Source of the DNA: Squalus acanthias
Taxonomy: Eukaryota
Length of the DNA: 64,000 bases
Direction: 5' to 3'
NCBI GenBank assembly: GCA_030390025.1
Contig: CM059429.1
Location: forward strand, 137,950,001 to 138,014,000
The notes below the pieces were generated by a model. It was not told the origin of the DNA. It did no database searches and saw nothing but the letters and a program-made list of their open reading frames with translations. Shown here in pieces: positions 1 to 10,200 of this stretch. Position 1 is the stretch's first letter, and each line of letters starts with the position of its first letter. A program made the translations under genes and the position numbers.

Positions 1-960
1 ATTTATCTACTTGTATTAAATCAAGCTCGTCCCCTTCCCTTATTTTTAGGTTCCTGTGTACAACTGGTATTTTGTCCTCCTTCTCCACTGAAAACGGATA
101 CAAAATACTAACATCTGCCATTTTTCCATAATACTGTCTCCTACATCTGTCTTTAAAGGGCCCACATTCCCCATTACCACTCTTTAATATATTTCAAAAA
201 ACTTTTGCAGTTTGCTTTGATATCCCTTTCAAGTTTTTTTTCATATTTCCTCTTTGCCCCTCTTAATTACTTTTTTTGTATCCCTTTATTGCTTTGGCCA
301 CTGGAAGTAACCCAGAGCTTACTACCATGGAGGTTCTGTTTCTTAATCTAAAATTTAGCTCCTTGAAATCCCTTTACAGAAGCTCTAATCTACTCCTGTC
401 TATGTCATTGGACCGCAGTCTCTGGCTGCTTGCCCTCCCATTCCAGAACCTTTTTTATTTGCTCTCTGATGTTCTGAACCCTGGCACTAGGGAAGCAGTA
501 AACTATTCAGGACTTTGGAACTACAAAAGAAACTGTTTACCTCTCTGACTACAGAATTTCCCCCCCCCCCCCCCCCACCCCTTCTTTGCAAACGCCACTC
601 GCTTATTCTTGCTACCTGTACTGTTTCCCCTATGGGTGACCACTCACTCCCCCGGTGTCTTGTAGTTGCTCATGGTTTACCCACCCCTCCTCTGTTTCCC
701 TTTTTGACCACGTCATTGGTACCTAAACAGGTATACCGATTGAGCAAATCCAGCTCCAAAGATGATCCCCTTTCTACCCTCGCCTGCTGCTTCCTGCTCC
801 GTCTGCTGGTGGTCACCCAGTCTTCCTTGCCAGCGCTCCTAGCGACCTGTGGGGTGACCACCCTCTAACATCTGCTCCAGGAAACTTTCTCCCTCCCAAA
901 TGTTGCAGAGTGTGTCCAGTTGACTGTCAAGCTGTGGCACTTTCTGTTCAAGGAGCACAA
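1..960 (-). mobile_element. CR1 LINE fragments (ORF1 and ORF2), degraded
   Basis: Minus strand WVTTSRRSR..LNRYTCL (ORF1-like) and gatgttagtattttgtatcc ORF2 tether-like sequence. Confidence 0.55.
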
Positions 961-1679
961 TCTTTCTACAGTTAATACATATTTATTCGCCTTGCGTGGT
1001 ATGTGATGCCACACACAAATCTCCAGACTCTGATCATGCCATGCCTATTTATATGTTTGTGTGATGGTGTGCAGAAGTTACAGCATGCCAGGATGAGACT
1101 GGTGCGATGGACAGCTGGTCTTCACCTTTTTTCTTTTTTCATGTGTTTGTAACTCCTGACTCTGCAGACTCATGAATGTTGTGGCTGATCACATCGTTTC
1201 CAGTTTAAAAAAAAAACTAGCAGCATTATGTATCTCAAGGTTATCGTGCTCTATCAGACATTGTCTACTCATCTCTGAAGATAGCTATTCATATGTACGA
1301 TATGCATCCTGTAACCACTGTAGCTATATTGACAGATTTCGAGAGATGAAGGTCAAGATTTGTTTTATAGAAATTCAGAAAATGAAGTTAAAACAATTTA
1401 AGAATATTGGGTAGCTCTTGACATGACTTTTTAGGCTTAAAGTTTGCCCAGTAGTATTGAAATTATTATTGAGTACTGTATATTGAATGCATCTCTAAAC
1501 TTCACATCATGTATAAGCACTCCACTTGCAGCGGGTGTTTATACATTGCCAGGGCTAGACTAACACACAGGTCAGCTAAGTACCTGCCTATACCACCAAA
1601 GAGAGGGGGAGGAGTGAAAATCAACTGCGCAAAATATCATTTTACCTGCCAGATGTTTGTCACTGGGAGTACAAAGCCA

Positions 1680-1908
1680 TGATGCGGAGATGCCGGTGTT
1701 GGACTGGGGTGGACAAAATTGAGAGGTCGCACAACACCAGGTTATAGTCCAACAGTTTTATTTGAAATCACAAGCTTTCGGAGCTATCGATCGCCCCTTC
1801 CTCAGGTGAAGTAGTCACCTGAGGAAGGGGCGATCGATAGCTCCGAAAGCTTGTGATTTCAAATAAAACTGTTGGACTATAACCTGGTGTTGTGCGACCT
1901 CTCAATTT
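1680..1908. mobile_element. Short palindromic Penelope-derived insertion (perfect 94-bp inverted repeat)
   Basis: Arms 1716-1809 and 1815-1908, loop AGTAG. Flanking duplication AGTACAAAGCCA at 1668-1679 and 1909-1920. Same family as 20614-20870 and 41925-42363. Confidence 0.85.
1815..1856 (+). ncRNA. Minimal hammerhead ribozyme (mirror copy on the - strand at 1768-1809)
   Basis: UCAC-CUGAGGA-A-GGGGC(GAUCGAUA)GCUCC-GAA-AGCU-U-GUGA. Confidence 0.78.
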
Positions 1909-2109
1909 AGTACAAAGCCAAGCCATGGTGCCCAATGTTGTAGTTACTGGAGTACAGATGAGATGGTGGTGTTAGATGCTGAGATTGCTTGCCCAACCTG
2001 GCAGATGAGCTCTGCTGTGCATGCAAGAATACGAAGTGCAGGAAGTTATTCTCTGCTTAAAGCAAAATTTCCCAGCTGCTAGTTGTTTACAGTACGAAAT
2101 TAGAGGCCA

Positions 2110-2945
2110 TGGCAAACGGTGAGGAAAGGTCTAAGAAGTTGCACAAGGACACATCAGTTAGCAAATTGGCACATAAATGTCAGATGCAATTTAATGCAGA
2201 AAATGTGAAGTTTTGCATTTTAGGAAACCATGAAAGGAAGTATATCCTAAAATGGTCAGTCCAGGGATATCTAGGGGTGCAGATGCATCGATCTTTAAAG
2301 TTGGAATATAGATAGAAAAGACCATAATAAACCAGGGCAATTCTGTGTTTTATACATTGGGGTATTGAATATAAAAGCAAGGCAATTATTTTGAATGTGG
2401 ACAGAACATTGGTTAGATCACAGATGGAATATTTTGTGTAGTTCTGGGCAACCCTTTTATAGGAAGGATTTTGAAGTCATGGAAAAACAAAACCGCAGGA
2501 TATTCACTGAAATTATACCAGGAATGAGAGGTTATAGTTATGATGAAAGGCTTAAACATTGATGCTCTTTTCATTGGCGATGCCTTTTCTTAATTGGAGC
2601 AGAGGGATTTTAGGGGAGATCCTGTAGTGGTTTTCAGAATTATAAAAGATTTTGAGAAAATAAATGATGCATCAGTTGGTGGACTGGTAATAAGGGGCCA
2701 TAGGTTTAGGATTATTACTAGAAGATAGATTAGGAAATTTGGTGGGGTGGGGGGGTGGTGATAGAAAGGGATATGAGGACTGGAATGCTTTACCACAAGT
2801 GGTTGTTGAGGCAGAGATTATATAACATCATTTTAAAAGGGAATTGGATAAGTATTTCAACAGGAAGAATATTAAAAAAAAATATACGGACAAAGGACAG
2901 GAAAATGGAATTAGAATGAAGAGCTGGCCAAATGGCCTCCTCCCA
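2110..2945 (+). mobile_element. Old CR1 LINE 3' portion
   Basis: QMQFNAENV..ILG, attgaatataaaagcaag, and CR1 3'UTR ggccaaatggcctcct. Confidence 0.75.
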
Positions 2946-3661
2946 TGGTTTAAATTAATACAGTAATTTATACCCAGCCACAATTGTTTCTCCTTTGAAA
3001 TCTATATTGTGTTTGTTATGAAACAAAAGCAGCAGTGAACTCACTGGAAACATTGGTGGATTGTGATTTGTGAATATTGAATTTCTTTGCCCAATTCTTG
3101 TTATACCAGTTAGATAAAACTTTGGCTAGGAATGCAAATTAGTCATGGCCTACTTGTTTTGAAATTGATGCAGTGTCTGCTCGTCCCTATTTGAGATAGT
3201 AAGCACATTCCTATATAAGCACTTGGTATTTCCAATTAACCACACAATTGGATCCCAATAACTGCATGGACTCTTGCTCCTATTCTGACTCCATTGCAGG
3301 CACTGGCAGAACAAACTACAGTGAAAGCTTTGAATGAGGCCAAGTCCTTACTCCACAGTAACATGAACCTGTGTTGGCGAGTGGACTAAACCCAGGATTG
3401 AGATGGCAAGCTGTATGGATCTACTTCACTACCTTTCATCACCACCATCACGTGGCTGTTTCCATATCCAACTGTCAAGCCTCTATTTTTCAAACCAAGG
3501 AGTGTAATAGATTCCAAATGGGCTTGGGTTTTGAAAATAGTATAAATCAATCTCTCTCTCTCTCTCTCTCCTTACTTCAGTGGGATGATGGGAGTTCAAG
3601 GATATAATGGAAAAGAATAGCCATTTGTTCACACTTCCCACCAGACCTTTACCTTCCTTGC

Positions 3662-3990
3662 CTAACTCTGAGTCAGAAGGTTATGGGTTCAAGTCCCACT
3701 CCAGAGACTTGAGCACATAATCTAGACTGACATTCCAGTACAGTACTGAGGGAGTGCTGTACGGTTGGAGGGGCTGTCTTTTGGATGAGATGTTAAACCG
3801 ATGCCCCAAATGCCCGGGTAGACATCAAAGATTCCATGGCATTTTTCGAAGAAGAGCAGGGGAGTTCTTCCCGGTGTCCTGGCTAATATTTATCCTTCAA
3901 TGAACATCGCAAAAAAAATGATCTGGTCATTTTATTGCTGTTTCTGGGAGCTTGCTGTGTGCAAATAGGCTGCTGCTTTTCAATTTTTAG
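3662..3990 (+). mobile_element. DeuSINE (SacSINE1/AmnSINE1-like)
   Basis: tRNA-like head gggttcaagtcccactccagag plus Deu domain gaagaagagcaggggagttc...gtgtcctggctaatatttatcc. Confidence 0.8.
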
Positions 3991-5476
3991 CCTTTGCATG
4001 TTTTTTCCTCCGAGGAATTACACTACAGGATCCCATTACTTGCACCTAAGGAGACTTTTTAAGGCTGTGCTCATATCATCCAGCTTCAGAGCAGAGTTTG
4101 ACATAACTGCAGTCTCTGCATTAATGATCTTCTTCAGGCAACAAGCTTCCCTCCAATCTCTGCACACTAAAACTATATTGATTGATGTCCAGGATTGAGA
4201 GTACCAGATAATACAAGACTGAATTGGAACCTTCACCAATGAACCCATTGCCACATCAAGTGATAGTTTCTATTGTGTTTTACTGGAGTGGGAGTTGTGT
4301 GTTGGCAGTTTAAAGAAAAAATCTTCCAAAGCTACCATTGTGGAAATTAAAGTAAATGATGTTAGTCAGTCATCACTAACGTGGAACAATTTCTGGTTTG
4401 CAAGGCAGAAATTCCTAATGACTATACTCCTCACGGACATGAAGCATTTTATCTTCAAATCTGATGTACTAGTTTTATTACTTTTTCCCCATCTTCCCAT
4501 TTTGTTCCATTGATGTTGACCAGCCTAGCTGTCATATATTTGAGGAAGTATTTTATTTTGATAGTTTTTGTTCCATAAGAATACAAAATTGGTTACTCAT
4601 CTCCCAATGAGGAAGTGTTCACTGGGGGATTCCTAAATTTCATTCAAAATCTGGGGACTTTTCAGTTTGCACCAAATGATGTAACTTTTTGACACAGATT
4701 GTATATTGAAGAGCTGCAATAGGGTTGCTAGGAAGGATGGTTGCGAAGTCATTTAAGAAACAGCTAGTGCTGTAACAGGAACACGGGAGAATTCATATTC
4801 TAAAAGGATGCAATCAAATGAGCTGAAGGGCCTTTGTTCCAGTCTATCCTGTGAATTAGAATTTTCAGTATCGAGACACCAGCCCTTTATTCAAGCAGAG
4901 ATCTGAGCCCCAACTAGGAAATATTCACATTTAAACCAATCTATGCTGTCTGTAAATCTGGTTATCTTATCCATGTATTGTGACAGGCTAAGCTCCTGAA
5001 TGTCAATCGTTCAACTTGAAATCATACACAATTACCAGTGTACTGTTGTGTGCAAAATAAAATGTTAATATAAACAAAATGCAAAGAGCCAGTATTTTAT
5101 TTTTCTCTAGATCAGCTGCTTCAGTTGCCACTCTGGAGCAGCATACCCAGGATTTTAGAAAGCCACCTGACAATTTTTTTTTAAGTAGCCATCTCGTGCT
5201 GCAAAGTTCTCCTGGGTACAGAATGTCATTTATGTAAATGATTTATTACTTATTGATCGAGCTGCACTTGAACACATGCTCTTCGGCGAATGGGGGAGGG
5301 TACGGTTACCACTGGCAGCAGAGTTCGACACTTCGCGTTAGTATAGTGCCAGCCATTAAAATCAGCAGAATCAAATTTCCTGTCCCTTGGTGAGTCGGCA
5401 GTGGTTGGTGGCGATATTTCCCTGAGTTCAGGAAATTTGAAACCAAACCACCAATTTTAACACGCATGTGTGCTCC

Positions 5477-5601
5477 TAATGGTGCTTCTCTCTTCTGCGT
5501 GTTGCTGATAATAGTGCCACTCTCCCCTGTGTATTGCGGATAATGGTGTTTCTCTCCACGGTGTGCTGCTAATAATGTTGCTGCTCTCCCTTGTGTATTG
5601 G
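5477..5601 (+). repeat. ~32-bp minisatellite x4 within a GC-rich repeat (5281-5750)
   Basis: Units taatggtgcttctctc..tgtgttgctga repeated four times with divergence. Confidence 0.65.
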
Positions 5602-5749
5602 CGTCCTTTGGTCTCTGTGTCTCTCCTTTGCCATTGCTGATTATGGTCTGCTTTTCCTGATTATTCTACTCTCCAAAGGGTGGGTGTTAGGCTGAGTCTG
5701 TCGGCAGGGCTGTGGGGCAGCAGCAGCCAGCAGGGTTTTGATTATCGGG

Positions 5750-6930
5750 GGTAAACATCTATACAACGACAATCTAGTAAACAGCAGTCAACATGTATTC
5801 AGAAGGGCAAGTTCCTATTTGACTTCGGGGAAGTGGCAAGTCCTATGATGTGGCATCCCTTGACTTCTAAAAGGCTTTTGACACATTTCCACACAAAAGG
5901 TTATCAATGAAACTTAAAATTTTAAAGCTGTGGGGATTCGGGGTAAACCCAGGGAATGGATAAGAAATTTGTCGAAGGGTAGGAAACGACTGCTCCCGAG
6001 AGGAGTTACGTCCGAATGGGGGATGGGGAAGTACTGAGTGAGGTACCTCAGGGCTCAAGTGTTGGGAACAGTACTGTTTGTAATTTACATCAATTACTTA
6101 GACTTGGAAATTCAATGCAAAGTGGTCAAATTTGCAGATGATACCATTAGGAGGGGGCCGTGTAATTGGAAGAGGTGGCACAGAAATTACACAATGAATC
6201 GGGCAAGAAGTGTAAATACAGAACAATTCGAGATGAAATTAAATGGTCAGGTGTGAAATGCTGCATATAGGAAGAAAAAGTAGGCAACGTGCAAAATCCA
6301 TGAATGGTGTTGAAATAGCAAAGGATGAAGTTGAATGAGATCCAAGAGTCTTAGTAGACTCGTCACTAAACGTATCCAACCAATGCAAAGCAGCAATCAA
6401 CAAAACCTATTGGTGTTGAACTACACAGTGAAAACAAAGAATATATGTCATAGGAGGGGATGACCACATTTTATAGTGCTCTGGTCAGACTGCACCTTGG
6501 TCGCCAAAAAATGAGTGAGACATTCAGTTGCTGGAGGCATTACAGAAAAGAGCCACAAGGCTAATCTCCAATTTCAGGGATCTGAAGTAATGAGGGAAAA
6601 GTTGGGCTTTTCAGCTTGGAAAGAAGGTTGGAGAGGTAATCTTAGAGGTATAGGAGATTCCTAAGGGTATGGGAAAAAGTTAACACGGAATATTACTTGA
6701 AATTAAACTGCGAGAATAGAACAAGGGGACATGGGTTCAAACGAGAGATGGGTACTTTTTAAGATAGATATCAGGAAATTCTTCAAGTGATAAACATCTA
6801 GATAGACAAGAGGAGGCCAAAACTCTGGTATGATTTAAGTAACATTTGGATGCTACAGGGTGCAAGGGGTGATGTACGGATCTTCCTGAATGGATGAAGT
6901 AAAAAGTGCCGAATGGCCTTCCTCATCCAT
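5750..6930 (+). mobile_element. Old CR1 LINE RT/3' fragment
   Basis: KAFDTFPH, VLGTVLFVIYIN, KFADDT, and 3' end ccgaatggccttcctc. Confidence 0.8.
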
Positions 6931-8386
6931 AATGATCTTGAGACAATTTTGCTTCCTAATAGCATTCCCTTTCCTTCTTTTGGAGGAGAGTAATAAAAAG
7001 TGGAGCCGCGCTGAATCTCACCTCTGCATTGCACAGTCAGGAAGACCAAGAAAGGTGGACCAGAGCCACATTGAACAGCTAGGGCGATAGATGAAAGCAC
7101 CTTCAAGAGAGAGATGGAAAGGGGAGAGATGCTAATTCCCAGACCAATAATAATTAAGGAAATGTTTAAAAGCCATTGACTGCTCTTTGAGCAGCTCTTT
7201 GTGTGAGAATAGGAGTTTCTGTATGTAGAGGCTGCTTAATGTGTTTCTTGATTTCGAAAGAGTGTGATCGTCTCATTTATCTGGACAGTTCAGGGCCAGC
7301 AATTGTCGCTGATTCTTCTGTTCCAGGTGCTCACTTGTGCAAAATTACTCTCTCTGATGCTTCAGGAAATAGAAGGTATGATTACTAGATATCACCTATT
7401 CAGGCAAATGTTTGGAGTCTTGTGTTTTCATGCTGTGGCATGTAAATGTGTGAGTAATGTAGTCTGGGTTATGGTCTATACAATATATGGCAACATCAAT
7501 GTAAAAATTCTAGTTTAAATAACACATTGCTATACTTAGGTTTTTTAATTCTCTGTACTAAATGTTGAGTGTTAATTGCCAAAAGCATTTTATTTAAAGC
7601 ACTGCATTGTTAACCTGTGCAGTGGCTGCTTTACTAATTCTAATGTATGCTTTTAATGCTGTGAAATTGGCACTTGCTACAAGTATTCTGACTTTTTACT
7701 TGAATAAAGGGAAAGCCTATAGTGGGTGCTGTTTGTTTTAGGCCAGTGGCCTCAATTTAGCTGTTATTTTGTCATTAATATGCTTCCATTTTTTTTTGTC
7801 TCATTAAACATAAAACTCATTGGGCAGCAATGGATTTTTGACTAACAGTTACATGTGGCACACCATATATGGCCTGGCATAATGATTAGTTTATTTAAAT
7901 TTGACTCCTTAAATTTGCATTTGTTGGCAGTCCAGTTTTCGCAGGCAATTTTGTAAAAAAAAAAAAATTCAAGTACTCAAGGCACAGAAGTGACTGGAGT
8001 GGTGGGGTGGGGAAATCAAAATGGAATGTATTGAATTGCTATTTTAATTGGTCACAAAATCTAGCTTGACTTCTTCAGTAAGGCACTGACACTTGGCGGT
8101 GGCTGAACAGCTTCAGTTGGATACCATTGTTTTTAAAAAATGTTTTCAAAATCTTTGTTGCTACTGATGTGTAAATGTCCTCTTGAATATGGGAATTTCA
8201 TGGGAACACTGCTAGAATAACTGGGGAGTGATGAAACATGGGAAAATAACCAACGTCGTGATATTTGAAATGTGACTCAAGTCCATATTAGCTTATTTTA
8301 AGTATTCCACCACTCCTTATTTATACCAGATGTTTTTAAGAATCAAATTTCACTAAGTAATGAAGATGGGCATGATCCAAGACCAT

Positions 8387-8815
8387 GGAGTCAATTTGAA
8401 CCCTACCCATCCGGCAGAATGGGCAGTTTAAAAAAAAAAAAAAAAGTAACAGATTACTTACCCACTCAGATCCTGCCCATTTCCGATCCCGCCCATTTCC
8501 GATATTAACCTGCATGGCTTCGCAGAGACGCCCATCTAAAATAAACGGGGGGCCTTGTAAATTTAAACTAATCGGAGTCCTGTTATGTCACCACCGCCTG
8601 AGTGGGGAAGCTGCTATGGTTTTCCTGCTAGGCAGAAGCAGTTTTGCAGTTGTTCTGAAGACAGAGGGGCCCTTTGGATAGGTGTAAAACTTTCCTTTGT
8701 AGGATGAAGAGGAGCAGGAGTGCTCCTCTGATCCCCACCAGAAAAGTCGCGGCCGGAAATCTATTCACTAGAGTAGTTTCCCACCAGAAACTGGTTCCAA
8801 ATTAAAATTTGCCCC
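8387..8815. mobile_element. GC-rich MITE-like repeat (family C)
   Basis: Imperfect TIR ggagtcaattt/aaatttgcccc. Internal ggagcaggagtgctcct motif shared with the 9.2-10.2, 42.5-43.1 and 58.4-59.7 kb copies. Confidence 0.55.
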
Positions 8816-9144
8816 GATATGACATTATGGTTACTTCTGGGTGGAAAAAAAATAAATAATTGTCTTGCCACACGTGGTATAATTGGCTGATGGACCTAGT
8901 TATGACAGAACCTGGACTTCCTGTCCCTCCAGGCTTAATAGAGTGCTGCACAGATTTGAATAAGTGCTGCTGTTATCCTTTCAATGCTGTGGCTGAAACT
9001 TCATCTGTCTAGCTGAAAGAAATCCAACAGATTTATTACAAACATTTATCCGATTGAAAGTAAGGGCAAACCACCACTTCAGTCTTGAAGAGTGCCTTTA
9101 TCATTTAAGTTACTGGGCCTTCCTTACTTGAGGAATACATTATT

Positions 9145-10200
9145 TAATTCATGATTCCCTTTTGGGCCACTGAAGAAGGCAAAGCCGGAGTGGCTCAGGC
9201 TGGATTTGTGGAGTCAGGAGGAGCACTCCTCCACCCAGCCTCACAAAATTGCTGAGGAACTCGACATCGGAATCCTCTTCAGCTGGAACACCACCTAATG
9301 CTGGTCGACGTGAGCATGGCTCGCTCTCTACCCAGGCCAGTCCAAAAGTGACACTCTGCGTTTTAATGTATGCCATAGCATTTTAAAAGGGCCCATCGCC
9401 TGACTCGGGGCCGCTCCGCCTACTTGGTAGTGGGCTGGCGGAAACATTGCCGCGGTCACAACAAAGCAGCAATGGAGCTGTAGGTCATTGCCCACCATTT
9501 TTCGGGTGCCACTGCACTGTTTCCCCCAGGTAGGAGGCCTAAAATTCACCCCCCCCCCCCCCCCCGGATAGAGCTTCTTGCAGGGGTATCATCAAATGGA
9601 TTGGACTGTCTTTAATTGGCTGAAGGCCTTAACGTCAGACTCCAGTCACTATAGTCTTGATTTTTAACCCCCTGTGCTTGATGAGCAGGCATGGGGGAGG
9701 TTAAAATAGGGGCAGACTACTGACTTCTCCGGCCCTCCTGCCAATTTAACTCCTGGATTTGGGAGGTTCACCACAGGCAGGCGAGGGCCTCATAAATATG
9801 GAAAAGTCGGGGTCTTATAAGGCCCAACAGGATTTTAACTTGCAGTCGTGCGACTCTTGCTGAGTGCTAGACCTGCCAGAGACAGTTGGCAGCAAGCAGG
9901 ATCTGAGCCAGAAGTAGCCCAGGAAGGTAAGTTTTTTTTAAAATTTTGATTCCCTTGTGGGCCAGGAGGATCAGGAATGTTCTCTTGGGCCCCACAAAGC
10001 AATCTTGGGCCTCCCCATGCCATGGACTTCCTCCTGCTCGACTCCAAACCATATCCGCCAAATCAGCACAGGCCAAGAGTAGAATCTTGGACCTATCTGG
10101 TCTGTATGGCTCAGTCTCTCACTGGATGGTACATGGGTTAAATAAATTTAATACATGAGTCTATGTGAGGGGATCCCCACCATCCTTGGCAACCAGCCCT
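9145..10200. mobile_element. Two adjacent GC-rich MITE-like repeats (family C)
   Basis: ccttgtgggccaggagga motif and aaaattcaccccc ends. Confidence 0.55.
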
